Notes: generated from the sequence alone by a model not told the origin. A DNA stretch of 64,000 bases from an uncultured virus (IMG/VR IMGVR_UViG_3300014208_001449) (IMGVR_UViG_3300014208_001449), one strand, 5' to 3'; numbered from the stretch's first letter, positions 19,512-29,190 are shown. A program made the numbers and translations.

Positions 19512-19694
19512 ATGAGAGACTTTGAACGGTGCAAGAAGGGCGCAGAACTGGCGGCTCAGTGCGGGAAGAAGGGGGCAGAACTTTTGGCCGAGCAGGCCCG
19601 AAACAGCAAAGCTGCTCACCTGATGGCCGAGAGGGACCGCCGGTTCTACCGTATGCTGCGGGAGCTGGACTCTACTTGCGGGAGAACTTGCTAG
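19512..19694 (+). CDS. hypothetical protein with KKGAEL repeat
   Basis: KKGAEL occurs twice. Confidence 0.5.
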   Translation: MRDFERCKKGAELAAQCGKKGAELLAEQARNSKAAHLMAERDRRFYRMLRELDSTCGRTC

Positions 19695-19778
19695 ATTGCA
19701 CTTGCATCTTTCCCCAGACGGGAGTAAGGGTAGCGTAACAGGTATGAGGACCAACGCTGAAAGAAAGAGAGGCGAACG

Positions 19779-21383
19779 ATGACCGTCGCGAATAACACCG
19801 GAGTTGCACTTGGCAGTGACCCCGAGTACGATGCATTCCTGGCACGTGTGAACAAGCGCTTCAACGAGCGGGTCGCGGAGGGTTTTCCGCTTCTGACGAC
19901 CGATGCAACGGGGTTGTGGGAAGCCTATCTGGGCGGCTTCTCCGAAGACTTCCGCCAGCACAACAACTGTCACGCCTGCCGCCAGTTCATCGAGCGGTTC
20001 GGCGGATTGGTGCAGACCGAACCGACCGGCAAGACTCACTCGGCTATCTGGGACGCCGAAGATGCCCCTGAGGCATACAAAGCGTCCGTGACTGCGATGA
20101 TCAAGATCGTGCATCGTGCAAAGGTCACGGGCGTGTTCTTGTCGTCCGAGAAGACGTGGGGTACTCCGGCCACGGGACCGTGGCATCACTTCTCGGTGAC
20201 GCCTCCCGCCGCACTGGTCATGCGCAAGGGCGTACAGACGGCCGGGCAGGCCATGGCCGAGAAGCGTGAGGACTTCGGGCAGGTCATGCGGGCACTCACC
20301 GAATTCACGGCACCGCTGGTCGAGCAGGCTTTGCGTATCCTGCGTGCCGACGCTCTCTACCGCAGCGAAAAGGTGCTTGGGCAGGCTGAGTGGCTGAACC
20401 GGCTGCACGAGCAGATCAAGGCGCTGAAGGGAGTACGGCGTACCAACATGATCTGGCACGAGGTAGCGAAAGCTCCGGCCGGCTTCTGCCACCCTCGGGC
20501 CAGCATGATCGGCACGTTGCTCGAAGACCTCGCGGCGGGCATGGATTTCGAAGCTGTGAGCAAGCGGTTCGCGGCCAAGATGCACCCGCTCGCGTACCAG
20601 CGTCCGCAGGCGGCTCCGACGCAGGGAGCGATCGACCAAGCCGAGAAGCTGGTCAAGCAGATGGGAATCGAGCGGTCGCTGCTCCGACGCTACTGCCGAA
20701 CCAACGAGGTGATTGCGCTGTGGCGTCCGTCCGAAGAGAAGGTGCCGGACCGCGGTGCGGGCGTGTTCGGACACCTGAAGCCGAAGGGTGCAACCCCCAT
20801 CCCCGACGTTAAATTGCCGATGCAGACCATGACACTGGCAAAGTTCCGCGGCACGGTTCTTCCGACCGCAGAGGGGATCGAAGTGTTCATCGGCTACGGC
20901 AACCTGAATTTCTCAGTGTTGCTGACGGCGGTTGATCCCGAAGCTCCCCCGATCCTGCAATGGGACTCCGAGGATCTGCGCAACTCCGTGTCGCAGTACG
21001 TGTGGACGGGCGGGTCAACGGCCGGTCAGTTCGGAATCTCGGCGGGCGCCTACTGCAAGGTCAATGCACTGGCATTTATGCCACACCAGTGGCACGACGA
21101 GAACGCCTACAAGCACCACGGCAAGGGTCTGCTGTTCCTCCTGCACGGGGCGATCGAAACGCGGCAGTCGGGCATGGCCCTGTTCCCTGAAACCCTTCGG
21201 TCCGAGATGCACGGTGTTCGATCCGTCATCGAAGCACACTCGAAGAGCGGGCACCCGGAAGGTTTCGGTGAACCGCATGCCGTTGGGTTGCGCTTCGATG
21301 CTAGCCTGCCTACGTGGGACTGCCGCGTCCGTGTGACGTCGTGTGGGCACCAGTCAGAGTACAAGATCGACCGCTGGGACTGA
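19779..21383 (+). CDS. conserved phage hypothetical protein (534 aa)
   Basis: long GC-rich ORF; QHNNCHACRQF and W.HF motifs. Confidence 0.8.
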   Translation: MTVANNTGVALGSDPEYDAFLARVNKRFNERVAEGFPLLTTDATGLWEAYLGGFSEDFRQHNNCHACRQFIERFGGLVQTEPTGKTHSAIWDAEDAPEAYKASVTAMIKIVHRAKVTGVFLSSEKTWGTPATGPWHHFSVTPPAALVMRKGVQTAGQAMAEKREDFGQVMRALTEFTAPLVEQALRILRADALYRSEKVLGQAEWLNRLHEQIKALKGVRRTNMIWHEVAKAPAGFCHPRASMIGTLLEDLAAGMDFEAVSKRFAAKMHPLAYQRPQAAPTQGAIDQAEKLVKQMGIERSLLRRYCRTNEVIALWRPSEEKVPDRGAGVFGHLKPKGATPIPDVKLPMQTMTLAKFRGTVLPTAEGIEVFIGYGNLNFSVLLTAVDPEAPPILQWDSEDLRNSVSQYVWTGGSTAGQFGISAGAYCKVNALAFMPHQWHDENAYKHHGKGLLFLLHGAIETRQSGMALFPETLRSEMHGVRSVIEAHSKSGHPEGFGEPHAVGLRFDASLPTWDCRVRVTSCGHQSEYKIDRWD

Positions 21384-21394
21384 CTGCGTTTCTA

Positions 21395-21421
21395 GTTTAT
21401 TTGCCTATCGAAATCGGGTAT
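21395..21421 (+). promoter_or_regulatory. class-1 promoter motif
   Basis: GTTT-N17-GGGTAT. Confidence 0.7.
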
Positions 21422-21445
21422 ATAGAGAACAGGAGGAAACGCAAA

Positions 21446-21739
21446 ATGCTCGACTGGACTCCCCTTCGCAACATGGCTGAAGTAGACCCGCGAACCCACG
21501 AAGCCTCATGGCAAGAGGGGTATCTACTGCGTGTCACGGGTTTCAAGGACGACTGGGAAGCTTACTTGGCGGGGACCCCTGTTCGTGAGGACTGGTCCAC
21601 GGATGACAGGGCCGGTGAGCCAGTCTGTTGCCGTCACATTGTTTGGAAGGAAACGGGTTTCTCCTCTCAGGAAGAGGCCCGTCAGGCGGTTGAAGACAAT
21701 TTCATCCGCGTGACCTCTCCCCTGAAGGCCGCCGCTTGA
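21446..21739 (+). CDS. hypothetical protein
   Basis: AGGAGG RBS. Confidence 0.7.
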   Translation: MLDWTPLRNMAEVDPRTHEASWQEGYLLRVTGFKDDWEAYLAGTPVREDWSTDDRAGEPVCCRHIVWKETGFSSQEEARQAVEDNFIRVTSPLKAAA

Positions 21740-22092
21740 TGTTGGTGCCTGACAGGATGGCCTCAGATAGCGTGCTCTTTCCTGTCGAGGGGAAACGAGT
21801 AGCGCTTTTAATCCCCATTCCTATGGCTGGAAAAGCCTACGTGAACGTCATGTCGGCTGACACGGCCCTAAAACTGTCAGAATCCAAGACTCTACCCCCC
21901 GCCATCGTAACCGATCTGCGGACAGCCGCCGCCTCTACCCAGGTATCATCCTCTACGGAGGTGGATTTCTGGGAAACCAAGAGCCTGAAAGAAAAGGACT
22001 TTCTTCGTTGGGTCGACGAACAGCTTGGGACGTTTGTTCCAGGTACGCAGTTACCATTGGACGTCATGAACTTCTTAGCTGGTAAAGGATAA
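21736..22092 (+). CDS. hypothetical protein
   Basis: overlap with previous stop; start uncertain. Confidence 0.55.
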   Translation: MMLVPDRMASDSVLFPVEGKRVALLIPIPMAGKAYVNVMSADTALKLSESKTLPPAIVTDLRTAAASTQVSSSTEVDFWETKSLKEKDFLRWVDEQLGTFVPGTQLPLDVMNFLAGKG

Positions 22093-22097
22093 ATACC

Positions 22098-22325
22098 ATG
22101 CCCCTCTACGAATTCCGATGTCTTCGTTGCAGAAATGAGTTTGAGAGGATCCTTCATGTGGACGAACCAAACCCCCCCTGTCCTTTTGACGCCCCTGGTC
22201 TAGAGGAGGACGAGGAAGCAATTCCCTGCGGGGGAGAGACCGAGCGTTTGATCTCTCGGAACACCTTTCACTTGAAGGGAGGCGGCTGGGCCGCCGACGG
22301 GTATTCCTCTTCCGGCACCAAGTAA
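22098..22325 (+). CDS. FmdB-family zinc-ribbon protein
   Basis: MPLYEFRCLRC..EFE...CP...CGG...RLIS..FHLKGGGW..DGY. Confidence 0.85.
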   Translation: MPLYEFRCLRCRNEFERILHVDEPNPPCPFDAPGLEEDEEAIPCGGETERLISRNTFHLKGGGWAADGYSSSGTK

Positions 22326-22346
22326 GCGGGGAGGGGGATACAAGAA

Positions 22347-22646
22347 ATGGGCTTTCCAGAGGTAAATCTAGACCTGAATAGTGAGATCCTCCCGGGACCT
22401 GACGCAGAGCATCCTTACAGCGGGGCAGAATACTACGTAGACGGCCCCTCTCCTATGATGGTCTGCAAGAAACGCAACAACAAGAAAATGAGGGTCGAAG
22501 ACTGCCTCGTTTCTTACAGAGAGGCGGGAGCTTTCAACTGCCTTGACAAAAAAAACGGCAAGAAGAAAAACCCTTGCTATCCATGCGCCCAAGGCGCTAG
22601 GATGCGCAAAGAGTTCTCTGAGATGGACGAAGAAGAAACCGAATGA
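22347..22646 (+). CDS. hypothetical protein
   Basis: GGAGG RBS. Confidence 0.6.
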   Translation: MGFPEVNLDLNSEILPGPDAEHPYSGAEYYVDGPSPMMVCKKRNNKKMRVEDCLVSYREAGAFNCLDKKNGKKKNPCYPCAQGARMRKEFSEMDEEETE

Positions 22647-23122
22647 GACCGCCTGCCGCTCTGTTACGCGAATTGCTTGACCTCCTAACTCGAACCCGAG
22701 GGAGGGGATACAGCACAACGATTGCCAAGGCGGCCTTGAACGACGCAGCCACGGTGCTGGTAGTTTCCACTCAGGACAAACAGGACTTCCCACAGGGTAC
22801 TGAGATAGACCTTCGAACGATGGCCGAAGCCCGTGCCAAAATGAGAAAGAAAGGATTCAAGCCGGTCCTGCCGGACAACTCTCTGTTGTTGCAAGCATCC
22901 TCCGAAGCTATCAAGGACCTGGACGATCTAGCGGCACGTCTCCTGAAACTCCAGTCGAACTTGAACGAAGTGCGGGCTCAGACTCCCGAAGAGATCGAGC
23001 GTTTGCACACCCAGGCGAGGTTGGAGCGGAGAATGTGGTTGGAAGTCCAGGAATTCCAAGTCGGGGCCAGGGCTAGGTTCCAGAAAGAAATCCCTCGGCC
23101 CAGGGAAAGGGCCTCCCTATGA
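22643..23122 (+). CDS. hypothetical protein
   Basis: ATGA overlap. Confidence 0.6.
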   Translation: MRPPAALLRELLDLLTRTRGRGYSTTIAKAALNDAATVLVVSTQDKQDFPQGTEIDLRTMAEARAKMRKKGFKPVLPDNSLLLQASSEAIKDLDDLAARLLKLQSNLNEVRAQTPEEIERLHTQARLERRMWLEVQEFQVGARARFQKEIPRPRERASL

Positions 23123-23306
23123 CCGACCAGTCTGAAAACATGGTCCTGCAATTTCGCCAGCGCGGTAAGAGCAGGCTTGTGTTGCAACAGCACCTCTACC
23201 GACTCTACGAGGCTATGGATGAGGATGGGAAAAAAAGAGTTCATGGCCTTTGTGACGGAGCAAGAGGCCCTGTGGTGCCCTGAACCTGAACCTGAAAGAG
23301 AAACCG

Positions 23307-23867
23307 ATGGACACGAAAATCTGTGCCTTGTGTGAGCGCATCCAAGCAACACAGGCGGACTTCCAAGGATACCTGGACGAAGACACCCGCCTCCAACCCA
23401 CAGACTTTGAACCCTCTTTGTGCTGGCGTGAGACCCTGAGTGGCTGGACGGGAAGTAATGACTTGTCGACGGCTACGGAAAACTGCCTGCGAACGGCTCT
23501 CGACAAGGCCCATCGTCGGCTCAACGTAGTGCGTCGGGGCGTTTATCCCTTCATCCAATGGGGTCGAGAGTGGAAGATTCTAGGAGACTTGGATTCCCCG
23601 GCCTTTCCCACGATGGAGGATGCCCTGGATTCCAAACCGGAACACGACCCGAACCCGCCTGACAAGATGGAAACCCCGTCCCGTAAGTTGGGGTTCACGA
23701 CTAGGGGGGGAAAAACCCAGACACGTCTGACAAAACCAGACTCGACGAGTTTGTGCCAAAGTGCGGGAACAATAATTTGGCGTACTCCGACTGCATGGGG
23801 CAAGGCCCGCTCCGTGGGGATGAACCCTGCGAAGACCGTGACCAGTGTACTCACTTCTCTCTGGTGA
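23307..23867 (+). CDS. hypothetical protein (paralog of 23872..24255)
   Basis: LCWR...C..TAL.KA.RRL.V.R.GV...FPTME.ALD. Confidence 0.7.
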   Translation: MDTKICALCERIQATQADFQGYLDEDTRLQPTDFEPSLCWRETLSGWTGSNDLSTATENCLRTALDKAHRRLNVVRRGVYPFIQWGREWKILGDLDSPAFPTMEDALDSKPEHDPNPPDKMETPSRKLGFTTRGGKTQTRLTKPDSTSLCQSAGTIIWRTPTAWGKARSVGMNPAKTVTSVLTSLW

Positions 23868-23871
23868 AACC

Positions 23872-24255
23872 ATGAGGGGAATTAGATGTCCTTCCTGCGA
23901 ACGCCTGCACGCAACTGAAGAGGATCACGACAAGTACCTTGCGGATACGACAGCAAAGCACCTGCTTGCCTGTTGTTGGCAGAAAAATTTGTGTTGGAGA
24001 AGAATAGCCCGTGATCAAAAGGACGGAGCCAGCTTAATGGCCGAAGACTGCGTGGAAACGGCCCTTGAAAAAGCCAAACGTCGTTTGGACGTTATTCGCA
24101 AAGGTGTCACGGTGAGTGAATCTCCTTTTGGTTGGAATGCCTTGGTATCCATGAAATCTCCGTGCAATCCAAAGTTCTTCCCCACGATGGAAGCCGCCCT
24201 CGACGACGCCGCGGATGCTCTGGACGACCTTGAACAGATCGAGCGAGGAGGTTAG
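23872..24255 (+). CDS. hypothetical protein (paralog of 23307..23867)
   Basis: same motif set. Confidence 0.7.
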   Translation: MRGIRCPSCERLHATEEDHDKYLADTTAKHLLACCWQKNLCWRRIARDQKDGASLMAEDCVETALEKAKRRLDVIRKGVTVSESPFGWNALVSMKSPCNPKFFPTMEAALDDAADALDDLEQIERGG

Positions 24256-24259
24256 ACCC

Positions 24260-24478
24260 ATGAGCGCCTGTGATGATTGCCGTTATCTGCGACCTCCATG
24301 TACCTGCCCAAACCCATTGTCCTCTCCGGGAGTCCCAAGGGATTGCTGCAAGAAACCCAAGAGGAACCGTACCGTCCAGAGGTTCTCGTGTCCAGATTGC
24401 GGGGCTGTCTTGGATGTGGAGAGTGACTCCGAACTTCCGTCAGATATATTTCTTCGATTCGTGAGACACGGAGGCTAG
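24260..24478 (+). CDS. small Cys-rich protein
   Basis: GGAGG RBS; CPDCG. Confidence 0.55.
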   Translation: MSACDDCRYLRPPCTCPNPLSSPGVPRDCCKKPKRNRTVQRFSCPDCGAVLDVESDSELPSDIFLRFVRHGG

Positions 24479-24643
24479 ACCATGTTGAGTAGATTCCGCA
24501 ACTGGCTCTATCACCGACGGATCCGCCGAGCGTTCCAATCCAACCCACTCATCGAAATCGACCCTCTGGGCAGAATTGTCGTGCCCCGCACCTGCCAAAA
24601 AGGCAGGACCGTGCTGCGTGACTCCAACGGGGAGTACTGAGAA

Positions 24644-24910
24644 ATGACCACGACCACCCACGTCAGTTGCTCCAAGTGCCACCAACACGCGATTCCTCCC
24701 AAGGGAACACTGCATTGGGCAAAGTTCACGGTCAAGTCCTCGTACTATGCATTCCTCGACGGAACGATAGACGAAACCATAGAAGTAGACCTCTGCCCTG
24801 CCTGCAAAAAGTTGCTCAATGGTTTCCTGCACAACAACGAATTTGAGCCTTCCTACAGGAGACTTTTCCTGGAGCGGGGTTGCGATGGCAATGTAGATCC
24901 GAACTGCTAA
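24644..24910 (+). CDS. putative zinc-binding hypothetical protein
   Basis: CSKC...DLCPAC. Confidence 0.6.
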   Translation: MTTTTHVSCSKCHQHAIPPKGTLHWAKFTVKSSYYAFLDGTIDETIEVDLCPACKKLLNGFLHNNEFEPSYRRLFLERGCDGNVDPNC

Positions 24911-24922
24911 CGGGCCGAGAAC

Positions 24923-24951
24923 TTGACAAGACCGGCCTCTGGTGCTAGACT
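24923..24951 (+). promoter_or_regulatory. sigma70-type promoter
   Basis: TTGACA-N17-TAGACT with extended TG. Confidence 0.6.
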
Positions 24952-25004
24952 GAGGCCCATCAAGTGCGAAGTGTGTTTGATTAACTGCTCCGGAGACGGA
25001 AGCC

Positions 25005-25622
25005 ATGGTGCCTTTTTTACTCTGCTTTTTGATGCACGCCATACCGGCGGCGCACAACTACTACCAGTTCACAATGCCCGACCAGGAGATCCGGCAAATC
25101 ATCCTGAACGCTCCCAAGTGGGACGGAAATGAGGGCCTGGAAAGGAACACCGCCGACTTGCTCTGCGAAGCCCTCTCAATGGCCAAGGCCCCCAAGCACC
25201 TGCAGATATCCGGAGCCCAGGCCGATTTCTTCTGTGATCATGCCCTGGACGTTGCCTTAACCGCCCGAGCCTACCGGTTGGACCCGTGGATTTTTGCAGC
25301 TCTAGGGACTACCGAAAGCCGTTGGTCCCCGAAAGCAGTCTCTCCGAAGGGAGCCTGTGGGCTTTATCAAGTTATGCCACACAAGGGCTACCCTTCCTGT
25401 GCCACGATGAAGAAGAATCACAGACAGGCAATCCTGGCTGGCGGGAAGGCCCTTCGAATGTGGCTGGATTTCTGCGAGGGGGACTTGGAGTGTGGACTCC
25501 GGAGTTACAATGGCGGGACCAGAGGCCCCAAGATGAAGGATACCGCGGGGTTCTATCGAGACATCGTGGACCTGACGATGCGGTACAAGAGCGTGTTCGA
25601 GCGGGATTTGCCGACTACCTAG
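25005..25622 (+). CDS. lytic transglycosylase (SLT domain)
   Basis: ESRWSPKAVSPKGACGLYQVMP...SYNGG. Confidence 0.88.
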   Translation: MVPFLLCFLMHAIPAAHNYYQFTMPDQEIRQIILNAPKWDGNEGLERNTADLLCEALSMAKAPKHLQISGAQADFFCDHALDVALTARAYRLDPWIFAALGTTESRWSPKAVSPKGACGLYQVMPHKGYPSCATMKKNHRQAILAGGKALRMWLDFCEGDLECGLRSYNGGTRGPKMKDTAGFYRDIVDLTMRYKSVFERDLPTT

Positions 25623-25648
25623 TTTCAATCTCTCCTCGGATCGGGTAT
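25622..25648 (+). promoter_or_regulatory. class-1 promoter motif
   Basis: GTTT-N17-GGGTAT. Confidence 0.65.
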
Positions 25649-25684
25649 TGTGTTTCCGTAACTCCTGGAGGATAGGAAAAACCC

Positions 25685-26179
25685 ATGGCCCTTCGACTCG
25701 ACGAAGCCCTCGTCAACAACATTGGCGAACTCCTGCTCAATCCTCGGCACCAGCAAATGACCACCCAGCTCGGAACCATTGAAGCCGATTGCAAGCGGCA
25801 ACTGGCCATTTCCAAGGACGGCCAGAACGGACACTTGTGCATCAAGCTCGAAGACGCCCTGTCCGCTCTGCGGCAACAGGCTGTCATCGAGGAGTGCGCC
25901 AAGTGGATCTCTTTCATCGAAGTCCTGCGGGAGAAGGGCGAAGGAGAGCAGGAAATCCTTACCCGAGTCCGTGAGGAGGTTGAATCCTATTCCGCGGATA
26001 TCACCCGCGAAACGGACACCTTCTCGGAATCGTTCGTCGACTGCAACGATCCCGATATGCGACTCGCCATGCTAGCCAACTTCAGCATGGCCCACAGCGC
26101 CCGTGAAGGAACCCTGACCGCCCTCCGTTTCATCCTCACGACCGTCAAGAACCTGCTCAATCCGAAAAAGGGCTGGTAA
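25685..26179 (+). CDS. hypothetical protein
   Basis: AGGA RBS. Confidence 0.65.
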   Translation: MALRLDEALVNNIGELLLNPRHQQMTTQLGTIEADCKRQLAISKDGQNGHLCIKLEDALSALRQQAVIEECAKWISFIEVLREKGEGEQEILTRVREEVESYSADITRETDTFSESFVDCNDPDMRLAMLANFSMAHSAREGTLTALRFILTTVKNLLNPKKGW

Positions 26180-26203
26180 AGCCCCCTGCCATCGTCGATT
26201 CTG

Positions 26204-26230
26204 GTTTCATTCCTCCGCTCCCTGGTGTAT
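26204..26230 (+). promoter_or_regulatory. class-1 promoter motif
   Basis: GTTT-N17-GTGTAT. Confidence 0.75.
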
Positions 26231-26261
26231 ATAGAGGACGAGAGATTGGGAGGAAAAAACC

Positions 26262-26669
26262 ATGAGTCCGACTTGCGACGATTTCTATGCCGTTCAGGAA
26301 CGGCTGGAGCAGTACGCCGAGTGGTTGATGGAGCATGACCTCGCCCTGTGGGCCGGTTCCAAAACCAGCTTCAACCTTGACAAAGGCCATCTCAAGTGCA
26401 TCGATATCAGTGAGGGACTACAGTTCATCTGGGAAGATTGGAATGATTCGGTTCTGAAATTCAGAGCCTCTCCCGAAGAGGTGTTCTGCGAAGATGCCCT
26501 CGAAAAGATCCTTGAACGAAAGAACCGGTACTTCCAGGAGCAGGTTGATCTAGCCGCCCGACGGGTAGAGAAGCTTGCCCAACTGGAGGCGGAGAAGGCC
26601 CGCCTCACCGAAGCGGCCGAACGGGAAACCCTGGCCCTGCTGACGGCCAAATACAAGGACCGCACATGA
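26262..26669 (+). CDS. hypothetical coiled-coil protein (similar C-terminus to 40796..41269)
   Basis: ER..L..L.AKY end. Confidence 0.7.
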   Translation: MSPTCDDFYAVQERLEQYAEWLMEHDLALWAGSKTSFNLDKGHLKCIDISEGLQFIWEDWNDSVLKFRASPEEVFCEDALEKILERKNRYFQEQVDLAARRVEKLAQLEAEKARLTEAAERETLALLTAKYKDRT

Positions 26670-27844
26670 CCAGCCCTCTCGTAGAAGCACTGAAGGAAAT
26701 TCGATTGTCCGAAGGGCACGAGGGAGAGGAAGGCCCGCTCCCTGGCTATCATAACCAAGTGGGGTTGGTACACACCCGTCACGGGGACTACGAGGTAGTC
26801 CAAACCCCAGAGTACAAGGCTTGTCGGGGGTCAAAATACAACTACCGGCTCGATATGAAGACCGGCGAGTTCTTCCGCTGGGGCAATACCCCCGAGGAAG
26901 ATCCCGAATTCGCCCCCGCCGGTCCTGAAATCCTGGACCTGGAAGTCAGCACCAACGGGTGCCCGAATGCCTGCCCCTTCTGCTACAAGGGGAACACGGC
27001 AGAAAAACCAACGAACATGACCTTGGACACCTTCAAGGATATCTTCCGCAGGTTTCCCCCCACCCTGACGTCCATTGCCTTCGGTATCACGGGGGTCGAA
27101 ACGAATCCTGACCTTCTGCCGATGATGCGGCATGCTCTGGCCAATGGGGTAAAGCCGAACCTCACGCTCTCGGGCATTGACCTCACCCCAGAACGGGCCA
27201 AGGATCTCGCCGAGGTCTGCGGTGGTATTGCCGTCAGTCTCTACGAGAAGGACAAGGAGACGGGGTACAACGCTGTCAAGATGCTCGTGGATGCTGGGAT
27301 GCAGCAGGTTACCGTCCACCTGATGGTGTCCAAGCAGACCCTGCCCTTCACTCGCGGGGTACTGGCCGACTACCAAGCGGGTGAACCTAGGCTTCAAGGG
27401 ATCACGGCTTTCGTGTTCCTGAGTCTGAAACCCAAGGGCAGAGCGGCGGGGACGTTTGATATCCTTCCTGCCAGCACATTCTCTCGACTGACTCGGGAGT
27501 GCCTTGCCAAGAATATCCCGTTCGGATTCGACTCGTGCTCCGCACCTCGATTCGAACGGGCCCTGCAGTACACCGTGCCCGTCAAGGTACGGGAGCAACT
27601 CATGATGACGTGCGAGTCCTGTGAATCCGGACTGTTCTCCTCCTACGTGTCGGCGGACGGCACCTACTATCCTTGCTCTTTCGCTGAGGGTGTCGAAGGT
27701 ATCCAGGGGATCAAGGTGCAGGACCACGAGAGTTTCCTGTCAATTTGGTACCATCCAGAGGTGCTGGCGTGGCGGGAAAATCTCCTGGCCAACCGGACCA
27801 AAGCGGGGACTAGGTACTGCCAGATTTACAAGGAGATCAACTAG
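26666..27844 (+). CDS. radical SAM protein with SPASM/Twitch-like C-terminus
   Basis: CPNACPFC; CESCESGLFSSYVSADGTYYPCSF...C. Confidence 0.9.
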   Translation: MTSPLVEALKEIRLSEGHEGEEGPLPGYHNQVGLVHTRHGDYEVVQTPEYKACRGSKYNYRLDMKTGEFFRWGNTPEEDPEFAPAGPEILDLEVSTNGCPNACPFCYKGNTAEKPTNMTLDTFKDIFRRFPPTLTSIAFGITGVETNPDLLPMMRHALANGVKPNLTLSGIDLTPERAKDLAEVCGGIAVSLYEKDKETGYNAVKMLVDAGMQQVTVHLMVSKQTLPFTRGVLADYQAGEPRLQGITAFVFLSLKPKGRAAGTFDILPASTFSRLTRECLAKNIPFGFDSCSAPRFERALQYTVPVKVREQLMMTCESCESGLFSSYVSADGTYYPCSFAEGVEGIQGIKVQDHESFLSIWYHPEVLAWRENLLANRTKAGTRYCQIYKEIN

Positions 27845-27847
27845 GCC

Positions 27848-28210
27848 ATGAAGTATCGCTTGGGTTGGGTCAGCAATTCCTCGTCGAGCAGCTTCATCCT
27901 GCTTAGGGCTCTCCTGACGCCAAAGCAGGAGCGGGAGATCCTGGGTTTCATCGACAAGGAGGGGTTCTACAGACACAACGTGACGGAAAGGCACATGTTC
28001 CTTTTCGCTACGGGAATGGCCGACACGGATGACCTACTTGAGTTGATGAAGAAGCGGAAGGTCCCGCAGGCGGCAATTTGGTTTGCCAAGGAGCACTCCA
28101 CGGCCCAGGACGAGATCGAAAACAAGTACGACTGGTTCTCAACGGCAATGTTTGACCAGCCGTTTATCGACCACCTGCTGACCACGTATCCGGACGGAGG
28201 AAACGACTAA
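27848..28210 (+). CDS. hypothetical protein with N-terminal MKxRxxxVSNSSSSSF motif
   Basis: MKYRLGWVSNSSSSSFILL directly after radical SAM gene. Confidence 0.75.
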   Translation: MKYRLGWVSNSSSSSFILLRALLTPKQEREILGFIDKEGFYRHNVTERHMFLFATGMADTDDLLELMKKRKVPQAAIWFAKEHSTAQDEIENKYDWFSTAMFDQPFIDHLLTTYPDGGND

Positions 28211-28416
28211 TGCGCATGACCGTTCGCAAACTGATATCTCTGCTGCACAAAATGCCTCAGAACGCTTTTGTAGTCTGGTCTGACCACGACCAGGGGGACG
28301 GCGAGATGAACAGCTATGTCGGGACTGTGCAGGAAGCCCGACCTGAGCTTATCGAGGCCCGTCTCGCTATCGGGGATATCAAACCAGGAACGAAACTCGT
28401 TGAACTGAGGTGGTAG
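28210..28416 (+). CDS. hypothetical protein (paralog of 42900..43106)
   Basis: TV..LI..L.KMP..A...W.DHD.G.G.MN.YV. Confidence 0.7.
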   Translation: MRMTVRKLISLLHKMPQNAFVVWSDHDQGDGEMNSYVGTVQEARPELIEARLAIGDIKPGTKLVELRW

Positions 28417-28417
28417 C

Positions 28418-28657
28418 GTGGTAAATCCTGTTCAGAGTTTCGTCCCCGCCCCAGGCCATGAGTGGCAAAACAGGCTGCTCGTGCTCTGGCGCTGTTCCTG
28501 CGGAACCAAGTTCACGAGGCGGATTCTCCCCCGTCTCTGGGGATTCAAGGGGATTGAAACAAAGTGTCCTCACTGCCAAAAGACCCTCAGTGAACTGACT
28601 GACAACCCAGAGGTACTTCGCGGAACAGCACCTCTCGTGGAGACCTTCGATGCTTAA
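28418..28657 (+). CDS. small zinc-ribbon-like protein
   Basis: CSCG...CPHC. Confidence 0.55.
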   Translation: MVNPVQSFVPAPGHEWQNRLLVLWRCSCGTKFTRRILPRLWGFKGIETKCPHCQKTLSELTDNPEVLRGTAPLVETFDA

Positions 28658-29093
28658 CCGCCGTCAGCTCCGGCCTTACCTCGACACCCTTCGGACCTTG
28701 AGCACCCGCAAGGCCCCGAACCTGCTCGCCGTTGTCCTGCAGAGCATCGATGCCTTGCGACAGGAATCCCTCTCTCCCGGGGCTCAGAAGGAACTCTGCC
28801 AGATCATTCAGGAGGTCCTCCCCGCCCTGAGTATCGAGGAGTACGAAGAGGTGGCTGCTCAGTGCCTATGGTGGGCTGCAAGCTTTCCCACTGAGCTGAA
28901 TCCTCTTCGGGTTCGTTTCCTGGGACTAGCGGCGGGACGCTTCTATGACTTGTCGGGAGAGCGGAGACTGGCAGTCGAAAGAGGGATCAATTCGTTGCCC
29001 TTCTCAGGTCCTTTGCAGGCGGACCTGCAATTGAAGCTGGCTTGGCTACGGGATCTCGTCAGTCAAGGTCAAGCCCGAGTTGTTGTTCCATAA
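28650..29093 (+). CDS. hypothetical helical protein
   Basis: overlapping start. Confidence 0.55.
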   Translation: MLNRRQLRPYLDTLRTLSTRKAPNLLAVVLQSIDALRQESLSPGAQKELCQIIQEVLPALSIEEYEEVAAQCLWWAASFPTELNPLRVRFLGLAAGRFYDLSGERRLAVERGINSLPFSGPLQADLQLKLAWLRDLVSQGQARVVVP

Positions 29094-29190
29094 TCACCTT
29101 GCTTCCGAACTGAAGATAGCCAACAGCCTCCAACGGCGTGACCTGGGCCTGATAAACCTGAATCTGGTCCCCGCTGTCGACCACAATCAT
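29059..29190 (-). pseudogene. 3' half of gene split by the TnpB element
   Basis: MIVVDSGDQIQVYQAQVTPLEAVGYLQFGSKVIMEQQLGLDLD* joins in frame with the 5' half at 30408-30572. Confidence 0.65.

Noticed and set aside
19311..20774. 487 aa minus-strand ORF (similarly 4045..5097, 18270..19289, 26831..27727)
   Set aside because: Shadow frames opposite well-supported GC-rich genes
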